From Schizochytrium sp. TIO01 (lineage: Eukaryota; Protista; Bigyra: Labyrinthulomycetes): DNA of 64,000 nt. Under the pieces are notes generated by a model, which was not told where the DNA came from, made no database searches, and worked only from the letters and a program-made list of their open reading frames with translations. The translations under genes were made by a program, and so were the position numbers. The stretch covers positions 4,154,001-4,218,000 of the forward strand of contig SMSO01000034.1 of the NCBI GenBank assembly GCA_004764695.1, read 5' to 3'. Below are positions 34,220 to 47,100 of this stretch, piece after piece; positions within the stretch are counted from its first letter, which is position 1; each line of letters starts with the position of its first letter.

Positions 34220-37200
34220 AAAAAATAAAGCAGCACTTTGGAAGTGTGCTTCTCAGAATATTGTCACAGCGGATAGGCTTTTGAGATCTCAGAGCTTATC
34301 ATACAAGACGCAAGTATGAAAACGTAAAATCCTGGTAAACCCTTTTTGCTTTTATTTTTTTAATCGATATAACAACCCCAAACGCCTTATTGAATTCTCT
34401 TTTTGTATGAAGTCCGTCACACCAAAAGTTCATATTCCTTCTCATTTTTCATGCCAAACATATAAACCACTACAGATGAAGTTCCAAGCTAGATCTTTCA
34501 TGTATGCCAATATTATGATAATTCTAAGTCATTCAAGCTGGTTGTTCGCAATTGCATTTAGGTTTACAATTTAAATACAAACGTAATCAGACCCCATACT
34601 TTCCGAACAATTAGTTATTTGAGAAGCCATTGAATATCTCAATATCTCATATTCAACAGTCCGATAAAAAATAAATAGAAGCAGCAATACCTTTCAACGT
34701 TTCATGAAGGAAGTGTTTAGAAGTTCCATCCTCATTCGGTTGTTTCGCCTTTCTTACTTATTATTTAAAATCATTAGATGGGGGCAACTTCGCGTCCAGT
34801 AAAATGTAGATTAGAAGCAAACATATCTCTGCGTTAACAATCTGTAGTTTTACCTTAGTCTTGATTTAGAAACAAGAATTGCATGTATCAGTATATTAAA
34901 ACAAAGAGTCTTCTTAATGTGGAGATATCGAATCGAAATTTAAGTTAGTGAAAATACCTAGAAACATATGTTCTGTTTCAAATTGATCATTGTACTCCTT
35001 CTTTCGATGTCATTTATGCAGCTTATCTGTTAGGCGCGGTTTGGGTTGCCAAAGCAGATCGCTACTCTACATGCTGAGAAGCACCTTACGTCTCACGATA
35101 CCTTTATTATTTTCACACAGGCAAATAAGACGCCTACACTTTATGGAGAAAAGATAAAAGTTGTCTCTATAAAAGCGCCCGTAGTACAAGAACAAGGAAG
35201 CTTAGGTCAAAAGCTAGCGCGTTCATGACAACGCTTCCCTTTTAGTTCTTTAGGCTACGAAAGTATTCTCCAAGATTCCAGAAGAAATCCATCATAATTC
35301 ATGACGCAGCAACAGTTGATCAACAGACAATATAAAGAAAATGCAACCAACTCCAGATGTAAACTTGATTTTATTCAGCCCGGAGCAGATGACTTAATTT
35401 AGTTGGGCTTGGACCAAGGTTTATATCTTAAACTAGTTTTTTTTTTGTTGTTTTTTTGTTTTTTGCGATGGTAGAGATGCTCTCAAATGCAGCAATCTAC
35501 GCAAAGATCGCCTTTACCAAAAGCTCTCTTTTTTGTCTTTAGCCAGATATAAATATACGACTGCCCCAAAACGAAAATCGAACACTTTCTAGCCTTGCGA
35601 GACTTATTTATCGTCTCAGACAAAGTTCAACTAAAGCAGAAAATGAAGTACGCCTCCCCACTGGTGCGTTTGACTTTTCAACCTCTTCAAATGATAAGGA
35701 AATCGCCTTCCAGGCTCTACAGTATCACACCCCTGCGAACTCCATTAAAAACCCTAAATGGGTATCATTCAAACGCTCCCCTGTATTTTTAGATGCTCCA
35801 GTATAGCCAAAAGATTCCACTATAAAAGAACCGACACCGCATCAAATTTTCTCTTACTGAGATATATATTTTGGTGGCGGTGGGGGGGGGTACATTAATT
35901 TTAATGGTAGTCGGGCTTCACGAGGAAAAGATCCCCAAAGTATCGACCCGCCAGTCCCTTGGTTCGAATACATATATATTTACCTATTTATATACGTATA
36001 GTAACTTTTATTTTCATTTAAAGTAACTGACTTAACTTAAAAAAGTTTAAATCCAAGTTTTAATTAGTAAATAAAGGCTGGAAGGGACTGTGATGTTGTT
36101 TTTGTTAATATTTGGTCATCAAGCAAGCCAGCCCACCTCAACTCAATCATCTGTTTTCTAACAGTAGGCTACCATATCACATAAGGTATTTCTACAACAG
36201 TAGTTCTGCTATTGGTAAGTATGGGAGGCACAATAGGCTAGGATTAATATTAAAGCAAGTTAAGCTATTGCAGCACCATAAATGACGACTGCCATCACCA
36301 TCTTGTCTACTCAGATCCAATGAATGGTGGCAACCAAGTCCAGGCAATCATATTCTTTTTTCAAGGAGAAGCCACGCCACCTAAATTTTGGTTTCACATG
36401 TGAGTTCGTCCGTTGCCCAGAAGGAAGGCGAACAACCTCTTCGCCTAGACACACGGCGGTTCCACTCTAGAACAAATTAACATATATGTTTCTTGATCTT
36501 TAGGTAAGCCTAATTTGAAACTTTGGGTTGCGCATACCGGAAGCACTCATAAAAGGAGACATATACCATCTGTCTTTTCTCTTTAAATAAAAATCTGTAC
36601 CTCCACAATACTTATATTAGCATCAAGTTCAAGTCTATGCCCACCTTAATCTGGAACAATTAGCACCTCTCCGTCTGGTAATGTGCTGTCAAAGATGTTA
36701 GTCGAAGGGTATATTGATCGAAATAATGTGTTATATGTAATGATGTTATTTCCTGATAGATCAAAAGGTTAAATTGATAAATCCTATGGTTCTTGAGCAG
36801 ATGAAAGGGTTCGCTAGAGAGTAAAAGTTCATATTCAATTCGCTAAATTTATTATGCCTCAATACATGGGGTACAATACCTTTGACACTGTCAGCTAAAT
36901 ACATTAAACATTACCTTGTTTACTTCAATAAGACAGGATTTTAGTTCACACGAGCTTTAACATGGTGCTCATGGTGACGGAGTGTACGCACACGCTAATT
37001 TGCTGATCGCCAAGTAGAACTATCAGACTTTCATGACTGTACAAAACTAAAGAATTTACCTCGTATCATGTACAGCGTGGCAATTTAGCGAGACTATGCC
37101 CAAATGCTGCTCGCGAACCAATCATAGACATAGGCTATAGTTTTACTCAATACAAAAGCTTCAGGTAATAATTATTATTTATTGACATTGCTTAATTTTA

Positions 37201-40200
37201 TTTTCTTAATATAAAGGCTTATATATATGATTGCGTTTACGATTAATACACTTGATTATAAAGTATCTTTCTTTTTGTAATGCTGCACTCAAACTAGCAT
37301 GTTGTTTCTTCACCGCTTACCGCTTGCCCATATCTATCGTTACATCTTCTGCCGTGAAGTATTAAAGGAAATCTGCCCCTCCCCCCACCTTAAAAAAACC
37401 AAAAGGACTTTTTAGACAACTTCCGTTTGGTCCAGTGAAACCGACGTGACTGCCCCTTTGAAAAAAAAAATAAAAAATTCTTTTTTCTTATTTCTTTTTT
37501 CAGAAGCTACTTTGAGTACAGCGATACAAGATCATCGCAGCGGACGTTTTATATGCGCCACATTCGCCTTCTGCTCAAGTCAAAGTTGCTCTGATGAAAA
37601 CGACAACAAGACACAGAAGTAGAACACGCACGTACCTGATTTTTGTCAATGCCCTCGTTATTTCAATATTAGTTTTATTACTATATCTTAATTAATAGCC
37701 AACAGAGCATAAATTACTACTACATAGAATCCTTTTGCAACATAGTTGCTTGCCTAATTGAGGTCACGGGTAATGTAGAACCTAGGTCGCAAGGCATCCA
37801 GACAGACGACGATGGATCAGGTTGTGTTTGTAATTTTTAATAAAATATTGGGAAATGAAAGAAAGGAAAGAAAAGGGAAGGAAGGAAGGGAGAAAGACAA
37901 TGAAAGCACAGCTTTTTGTACTTGATGAAGCTTTGAAATGGTGTCTTTCAAAGTTCTGCTACAAAAAAGTGAATTTCATTTTTTCTCGATAAAATAAAAT
38001 ATTTTCAGTATAGACGAAGCGATACATATTTAAGGTACATGGAGCAACAGGGGGAGGAAGAGAGCCACGTGCGGCATTCATCTGACCCTCTCTCCGCTCT
38101 CTATGCGCAGGGCTGAATAGACTTGGGCTTGATCATGCGATGAGTCGCAAAATGGATGAGAAACCTTGCTAAGGTTGTGTACCTGGAAAAATGTCTTTCA
38201 GTCGGCGGAAACCGCTGCTCCACGCCGATGGGGATGGAAGTGAAATTCGAATATTCAAATATTCGAAAACGCCCCTTGGCACCTTGTGAGCCCAGTGAAG
38301 TGGAAGTCGCACCCCGTTTAAAAAATTTGATGTTTCAATCTGTAAAATCAAAGAGCATAGTCCCAGACAGAGAGATTCTGCGAGCTTCGTGCACCAACGC
38401 GAATGTCTTCACGTCCAGCTCAAATGGTGGTCGACAAAGCGTGGATGATCGCTGGTACATTGCATATTGTTTATAAGCAGTTCAGATACTCTCTAAACAT
38501 CCAAGCCAGCCAGCCAGCCATCCAGCCAGAAGCCATCCATACGATCAATCATCTAAAATGTCTCGTCAGTCATTCTATAAAAAACATTCAATGAATTTCG
38601 ATAGTACAATAGTATCATGGTGGAACGATATATGGCATTCTGGTGTATTTCGGCCTACTCAGGAGCACAGACTTACTTCCTTCCACTATGGTCTTCTTTC
38701 CCTGTGCCATCCCAGCCAGCACCGGTTAGTAGGGGTCAGCTAGGGTCTGGGTTAAGACCTCGCCAAGGTACATTGCTTTAAGGGATGTGCTTACAGGAAT
38801 TGACGAGACATTTATTATAGGCACTCGCAGCGCACTTTGGAGGGCTTGCGTTGGCAACGGACGGAGAGGTCCTGCGGAGATTGTTCCTCTCGAAGTGCGC
38901 GTTGCGTGAGAGTCTGGCGGTCCCCTTTCCAACTCGCTTTGACCCTGATAGATTTGACGATGGCGATCGACTTTAAGCTGTTGTCAGACTTCTTTCTCCT
39001 TCTCTGTTGTCGAGTTCTTCCACGCCGCGAGCGCCGGCACTGTGGATTTGCATGAATTCCTCCGCCTATCTCTCTCTCTGTGTGTGTCTGTCTCTCATTG
39101 CACTCGAGCGAGTCGCCAGTATAAATGGTGCCACGAGGTCCTCGTCCTGCAGGCCTCTCGGCTTCGTGAGTGGGCCAGGAGCCAATCCATGTGCTCCTTT
39201 GCGCGTGCGTTTGGAACTCAGTTGAGAATTGATTGCAAAGTCCTTCCCCAATGTGCTAAAGCAAAAGTGCGGCTGGAGGGTCGAACTGGAAAGACGAGTC
39301 CGCATTGCTCGGAGTCGCAGCACGCCCGCCAGCCAGCCAGCCAGCATCCTTAATTGTGCAGAATGATTTCTGCTACCAGGAGGCCGATGTAAGCAAAGGT
39401 CGCTCGCTCACTGCGGCTAGCCCGAGGAACTTGAAAGAATCTATGATTGTTGAAGCAGATCGAATCGCGTGTAGGAATTCCTCTGTGTAATTCACAGAGG
39501 AATTCCTCGATCGCGGGCGGCGCCAGCGTTAGAAAAAGCTTAGGCTGTCCAGATCTATGTATAATTAGAATTGTGGGGTATGATGCGATTGTAATCTATC
39601 GTCGATCGAATACTTGAGCTTCTGGTGTCCTTGCTTGGCAGGGATTCACAATGTTGATTGCATAAAAGTTGGGTTTCCGAAAGAAACCTCGCCCATGCTT
39701 CATCGAGCTAATTCCTCCGAACCTCTTCTGGAAAATCAGCAGGAATTCAGGCTCTTGGATGACAGCCGCCGAAGTTCTTGCGCCTCCCCTTGAGTGCCCT
39801 GCATCGCACGAAAGACAACTCCTCTCCATCGTTTCCTCGCGAGACGATGGCCATTTTATTTGCTAAGGCTCCTTAATTCTTTCCAATCTTCACCTGGAAT
39901 ACTTTGAGTCTTCAGAATCCGGGCTACAAAGATGGCTTGGAGGCACTTGTAATGTAAATGAATCACATTAATTGAGTCAAAACGCGAGTTGTACTATGCA
40001 ATTCATTCACTGTGGCACACTTGCCCTCTCCCAGGCTACAACAAACTCTTCCGGTGTCTGCAAAGGTTTTATTCACTAGGCGGTATGTGTTTCACGGCAC
40101 ATATTATACAACTCAAGTGCTGGGGTACCTTATTGCAGCATAGGGACTTCCGCCTCTAAATCATGGCCTCATGTCTTGCAATTTCATACCTATTTGATAA

Positions 40201-40202
40201 TT

Positions 40203-40241
40203 TTAAATTGTAAAAATTGTAAAAATTGTAAAAATTGTAAA
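40203..40241. repeat. (AAAAATTGT) 9-bp tandem repeat, about 4 copies
   Basis: Directly visible. Confidence 0.85.
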
Positions 40242-41267
40242 GCGACGTTTAAAAATGTTTTTGTAAGTCTGTGTGTCTCAGTAGACGAGGAGTAAATGTT
40301 CTTCTCGTCGTCTCATCCCACGTCGAGTCTGGCCCTCTTCCTGTCTGATCTAGTCTTCGGAGAGAACTGAGCCAGGAAAGAGCACCCATTCACTCGCTAC
40401 TCGCATATGCCTCTGTAGCGAGTTCCAGTTTCGCTCCCTCAGTTCCTCGGCAACAGCAGCGACGCGCGATAATGAAGAAGAGGGGGCCAGATGATTGATC
40501 TCCACTGGCAAAACATGGGAGGGGGAGTCCTCAGTGGAGACAGAGGGCGTTTGCGCTTCACTTTTAGTCCTAAGAAAGAGCGAAAGAAAGATAAATCTTG
40601 CTCTGTTTGTGAAAGAGAGGCACTTAATGTTTTAGTTTTTTTCCTTTTTACTTTTCCCTCTCCTTTCTCAGCGATGGTATTTTCTAAATAAACAAACTTA
40701 AACGGGGAGAAGAAGCGAAGAAAAAGAAAAACGTTGCCACGGAGTGTGAGAAGAGAGGGAATTAAAAGAAAACGCAAAGAAAAAAAGTTCCGGTCGAGCG
40801 TAACGCACGGGAGCACAGCAAAGCGAAATGCGCGAAGTCGGCGCAGCGAATTGAAGATTGGACAGCCAGTAAAACTCTGGTCTGCGAAGCATTCTGCAAA
40901 ACCTACTTCTGATCGATCGAGGATTGGGTGCCTGGCCAATCTCAGTCGCTTGCTGGCCATCCCATCCACGCATCGTGGTGCCTGACAGCTCTTCCTGAAC
41001 GCAAGGAGCCTCGTGAACCAGCATCTTTTAAAGTAAGTGCGATTCTTTTCAAAGCGGTTCTAGCACATTTGATTAAAAAGAAGGAACCCGGTGGGGAGGG
41101 CTTGTTGAGGAGATTTGGGACGCAGTCATTCACCAAACTCCAATCAACTCGAGGCCTGTATCAGCAACTCAGGCCGAGCTTGACAGGATCGAGCTAACCA
41201 ACGCCTAAAGCTCAAAGACCTGCGGCTAGAAGGAATAGCAGCGGTCGGCAAAGCATCACACAAGACC

Positions 41268-43578
41268 ATGTCAGCAGCACCAGAAGCAGCGGATTTGCAG
41301 CGGGAGCATCATATGCAGCAGCAGCTGCAACCATTGCAGCAGGAACAACAGCCTCAGCAGCTTCAGCAACATCAACAGCACATGTCTAATGGAGCGCTTA
41401 CATCCATTGCGCAGCCGGCACCTACGGGTATGATGACTTCGTCAACAACAGCCCCAATCGCATCAGCACATGTAGGCAACATTGTACCCATTAATACGTC
41501 ACAAGCACAAGCACAAGCAAACTCTGGCAATACCACAACAAATGCTCCCATGCAGCAGCAGCAGCAGCAGCAACAACAGCAGCAACAACAACAACAGCAG
41601 CAGCAGCAGATGAACGAAATGCATTTAACAGGTCCTGGCGGGCCACCTCCGAAGACGCCAGGATCTGTCACATCAACCAGTTCTGCTGCTCGCCAAGCAC
41701 GAGAGGAGCAACTTGCGCAGAACAGAGACTGCGGAAAGTGGACCAAAGAAGAAGATGCCCTATTGAAAAAGGCAGTTGACTCCATTGGAGCACGGAACTG
41801 GAAGCGCATCTCACAAGAATTTCTTAATGGCAAACGCAGTGATGTACAATGCTTGCACCGTTGGCAAAAGGTCCTCAAACCGGGGCTCATCAAGGGGCCC
41901 TGGACAAAAGAAGAAGATGACACCATTATGGAAGCCATCGAGAGTGGCGTTACCAAGTGGTCTGAGATTGCGACACTCATTCCTGGTCGCATTGGCAAAC
42001 AATGCCGCGAAAGATGGTTCAACCACCTTGACCCAAGCATCAAGAAAGGTGGATGGACAGAAGAAGAAGATCGTATTCTTGTCGAATACCAGGAGAAATT
42101 AGGAAATCGTTGGTGTGAAATTGCCAAGGTTCTCCCTGGACGCTCTGAGAACGCTGTGAAGAACCGCTGGAACTCCGCAATGCGCAGGAAGTTTCAGCAG
42201 AAACGCAATAAACAAGGTACATCTGCTGTACTTAGCAACATCAAATTGCAGCAGGCAAGTGCCGGTTCTAAACAGCGCAACAATGTCCGTCTCCCACCTG
42301 AGGCGATTCTCGTGGAGCAACCTACAAACCGCAACTCTGTGATCGCAGCTCGTGAAAAGATCAAACGGCACCAAGAACAACTAAAGCAGGAACAAGACGA
42401 TGACAACAGCGATCTTCTAGATTTTTCGTCGCACTCTCCTCTGCCCTCGATCTCGCCAATGCCAGGCTCTTCTTCGTCTTCAGTCACAAGCAGTACACCA
42501 TCTGAGCGCGCAATGAGCAACCGAATCTCTGCAAACGGTGTTCTTGCTGCAGCTGCTGCTGCTGCCGCCGCTGTCAAAGAGGAGCAAGCACTTCTCAAGA
42601 AAAAAGCCCCGTTGCAGAACCGAACCAACTCCAAACACGAGAATTGCAGGTCTTTTCGCAAACGGTGCCAAAAAGCCTGTGCCGGGCAGTGCCACATCTG
42701 CTGGCAGCTCCTCCTCCATATCCACGTCTTCAGCCATTTCTGCCAAGGTAAATCCCGCCTCATCAAAGAAGCGTCCGAGCCCGAGTCTGATCACAACGAG
42801 CTTTTCCGACCCAAATGTCAAAGCGATGCGCCCCAAAAAACGCACCAAGAAGTCAAATGAAGATGGTGCCAAGCATTCCAAGGCCGTGACTAACTTGCTG
42901 AGATATGACCACTTTGTTAAGGAGCTTGCGAAGCGCAAGCACTTGTGTGATATGTCTTTCTCAGATGGACAAAAGCAGGTGATGCACCAAGAAGTCCTCA
43001 ACTTTGTCGAGGCAGCAAACCAGAGCGCCACGTCTCTTGCGGTAAGCGCGGTCTGGAACCATATCCAGCAGTTCGCTTCTGACTTTGGCCATGACAGCTC
43101 AGACGACTTTTTGCTTCTGAGCCCATCACCTCTACCCAAAGCAAGAACCAAGAGTGGGGGCATTTCTGGGGGCACAGTTCGTGGAGCACGCAAAGGTAAC
43201 TCCAACAGGCCCCGCAACTTGCATGTCCAATGTAGCCTAGACCCTTGCGAATGGACCATGGCTGGCGGCACACCGACAGTTTTGGCACAATCTAACACTC
43301 CTGTTAGTGACATGCTCAACTTTATGCCGCCCCTTTCGGCGTTCAACCCTTGTGTATTTTCACCAACGCCACGTGGAGGTCACAGCTGCCCAACGCCACT
43401 CAACGCTTTACCTACTCCCACTGGCCTTGACATGAAGAAACTTGATGTGTCTGCCTTCGAAGACAGTCTTTTTGGGGACAGTTTGTTTCTCATGGAGCCA
43501 TTAACACTCAGCGGCAATCCCCCTGTGCTTTCACCTATCCTGCGTCAGTCTCATCACACCTTGCTTACTTCTGACTAA
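41268..43578 (+). CDS. R1R2R3 (3R) MYB transcription factor, interrupted by one +1 discontinuity near 42600-42650 (about 769 aa if joined)
   Basis: Three Myb repeats: GKWTKEED...QCLHRWQKVL, GPWTKEED...GKQCRERWFNHL, GGWTEEED...NAVKNRWNS. PolyQ N-terminus. An S/P/T-rich C-terminus with SP/TP sites continues in frame 1 to the stop at 43578. Confidence 0.9.
41553..41609 (+). repeat. CAG/CAA polyglutamine tract (Q19) in the MYB gene
   Basis: 19 consecutive CAR codons counted. Confidence 0.95.
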
Positions 43579-44179
43579 GTCGATGATATCTACGACAGAA
43601 CAAAAGGCGAATATTGCGCCACATTTGCTATATACCTACTGAGATATTGAACTCCCAAAGGGAACTGAAAGAAGCCAAGACACATGTTGCCTTACATACA
43701 TTATACAGTCTTTCTAGGTTCTCCTCGATCAAATATCATTTCTTGAAAATCACTTACACCAGAACATTAGGAGGTTATTTCCCAACCTCTGCGCCACTTA
43801 TTGAGCGTACCTAAGTTCATTTTTCTTATGTAAACAAGACAAGCAGCAGCATAAAATTAATAAATAACGAGACGCCTCCTTCGCATTCTCTAAAATGATA
43901 AACAAATGATAGTTTTTTTTTACACTTTCAAGTTTCTTCAAGTTTGTGATTAGGTAAAGACAAAAATGTATGTCTGATTGTCTCCTGTCGTGCTTGAGAC
44001 ACAATTAATCACATGGACGAAAGTTATGTAGGGATCTTAAGAGCCTCAAAAATTGCAAAGAAACAATACCACACACAATACAATTGCAATCCAATTACAA
44101 TTTGGCCCATAACTACCTTTGCTTTACAATACTGAAATACTCATGAATAACAAAAAGATACGATGCAAAAACCACAAGA

Positions 44180-47100
44180 TTAATCTTCAGCACAATCTTC
44201 AAATGAGTCTTCCTCATCCTCCAAACTACCCAAATTGCCATTACGAGTTTGGTAATCATTCCCATCTAAGCTGCTTCGAGGATTTGTAGGAGGTCGACGT
44301 GAGGGAACAGTAGGATAATTGTCGTCAGTCCCTGTACGTGGTCTTCCCGCCATTCCAGAAGGTGGCTGGGGACTTCTTCTCTGTGGAAATACAGTCGTGT
44401 TCATGCCTTCAGCAGCATGTCTAAGCAACTTCGCTGCATTTTCTAATTGTCGGAGGCGCTCATCCTGCTCCTCATACTCCCCGTACTGTGTCACAGGTGT
44501 GACAGCAGAACGAGCAACGTTTCCATTGGGTTGAAATCCGGGAGACATAAAGCTTGACGATGGAGATCGCTGCGTAGGCCGTGAAAATCGTGAATCGTCA
44601 ATACCAGAAGAGTATCTTTGGTCCATATTTTCGAGAGGGGATAGCCGCAAGGGATTGAAATCACCAGATTCATGTTGTCCGTTGTAAAGTGGACTCGCAC
44701 TACGCATGGTCGATGGACTCATTCTAGGGTTGTATTGACTTGGTGGCGCAGAAGATGCGTTTTTCTTTTGAACCCAGGACTGCGATGGTTCGATTCCATC
44801 ACGAGAAAACGATGAACTAACAGTTGGAGGCCCGAATGGAAAGCTCGAGCCTAGTGGCGAAGAATTAGAACGCTCCCCAGATGCAGCTGCTGCAATAACA
44901 AAGCAAATGTCAGCATGCCAAGCATCTATTTCATCCCTTTCCTCAGCAAAAAACTTGTACGAGCGCTCTGAGGTACGAACAACCAGGCCGTGAGCGGATC
45001 TCTGCAAGATACGTGCAACAGTTGAACCGTGAAGACGCACAGACCCCTGATTCGAATGGCCATTAGAAGAAGACATTGATAGCTCAGAAGCCCCTGGCTG
45101 AGCACCTAAACACAATTTTACGTACAATTCACGAGAACCAGTTGTTCCAAACGGCTGGGTTCTTAAAATTCCTTCACGGATCGTACTCTCACTTCTGCGA
45201 GGGGAGATTCCTCGACGTGAAAGGAGTTCTTCAGTAGAGTCAGCGTTTGGAAACGAATCAATGTCTTTCTGACCTGGCGAACCCGAGATAGACCCCAGAG
45301 CAAACTTCGCAGCAAGCATATGTTCGATAGCTACATCAATACTTAATGGGGTCCAAACCGCATTAGCTAAGTTCGATGGCAGAATCATAGCACGTTCACG
45401 AAGTCTCGAACGTAGTAAGGATTTATCTTGGGCTGGCATTTGAACAATTACAATTTGACTTGAATCTCCATTACCATCGTCATATGCAGAGGATCCGGTT
45501 GAGGAAGAATTCCGCCGCGACTTGCTTTGGACCCCTCTATCATGATCATTAGGGGACGAAGCAGCACGAGACATGTCAATGTAAACTTGCTTGTCATCAT
45601 GGGAAAGCCCGTCCCACAATGTTGAAACTTGAGAAGGTGAAAATCCAAAAAGTTTGGTTTTCTCTGCCTCGAACAGACGGTAACCTTTGATCATGTGAGC
45701 CCCATCCTGTTGGTGTACTGTTCGACCTGGAGATTGTGGAGAAGGTGCAAACGAAGAGTCGAACGGGTTTCCACTGTAGAGGCCCTCCCCCTGGTACGCG
45801 TCCGTACTCATCTTGTCGAGAGCCGAGACGCCGTCAGTGCGACCAGACACGTTTGATTCCGCTTTGCTATATGGCACATGTTTCCCGTTAGCGTTGTTTG
45901 CCTCATCCAGAGCCTCTAGGTCAATCATGTATCGAGCGACGTGGTCAGATACAGATCCAACGGAAGGACGACCTTCGTTAGTTCGAGAGTTTAATTCATT
46001 TGAACTATGCCCGTACAAAGTTCCAGAAGGTTTCCGAGATTTGAGAATACTTTGGGAGCTTGGACGTGGAGAATATTCCGTTGAAACACCTGTAAGTTCA
46101 GTTTGGGGTGCTTCACCAAAGTATCGGATAATCAACTTATTTAGTGAGCTTTTGAAGGAATCCACAACACGTTCAATTAGTTTAAACCAGTGAGGTTGGG
46201 AGCGTGCAGAGCTTCCCCGGGCAAAGCCTTTCCACAACAAGTTGATATCCTCTGTACTTCCCCACTCATGTGCTGGGGCGTACCTCTCGAGCCGGATTCG
46301 CGGGCCTTGGACACAAAGGAATCGAGCTAGCGCGATTGAGGTACCATCCTGAGATTCTTTTTCCTCAATTTCGCGGTTCACAACGTGAACCCAACAACTA
46401 GAAACTTCAGCAAACACATCTTCGTGTGAGTTGAGCGTCACCAGTAGCTTATGCAAACCCATATCATCTAGAGTCAGTGTAGGTGCCATGTTCCCGTTTG
46501 CAGAAGGCCTCCGTCTCGCAAATTGTGTTGAAGTTGATGCACCTGATTCTGCGAGCTGGAGGCAGTGTTCTTTAAACTGCCCTAACGTTAGCACTCCATC
46601 ACGAGTTTGGTTGTTTGCAAGAACTCGCAAAGTACGCATTCCCAAATCCTGTAGATTCTGCACAGACATTTTAGCCCTAAACTTTGACGGGTCTTTTCCT
46701 GAAAGACGTTCCCAAGCGTCAACTTGCTGTGTGAATACTAACCCTAATGCGTCATCTGCAGTGATAAATCCTCGTCCCTCGCGATCAAGACAAAAAAACA
46801 CTTTTTCACATAGCGCTAATCGCATGCGCATTTTCTGTGCTTGCTCTGGGAAGGCTTTGGTGACTGCAAGCAAACTTCTGTTCCTCTCATTAACCACTGT
46901 CGCAAAGATGAGCGCCAGATTCCGCTCACTGAGTTCTCTTGAGCCAATTTCTGTGCAAAAGACTGCTTTTGATACTCGAGATATTGATTTATTTCGTGAC
47001 GGCGATGTGACACTGTCAGGTTTCGATGCTGCTGATCCTCTATGAGCTTGCCCCCATCTAGCAAAAATACGCACGAATTCACCAGCACTAAGGTCACCAT

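Noticed and set aside
35505-35525. U5 snRNA loop-like TCGCCTTTACC
   Set aside because: One U short of GCCUUUUAC, and the flanks do not pair.
35900-35975. B-box-like GGTTCGAATAC suggesting a tRNA
   Set aside because: No T stem, acceptor stem or cloverleaf.
35879-37389. G-run and C-run 1.5 kb apart as possible terminal inverted repeats
   Set aside because: Low complexity, no target-site duplication and no transposase.
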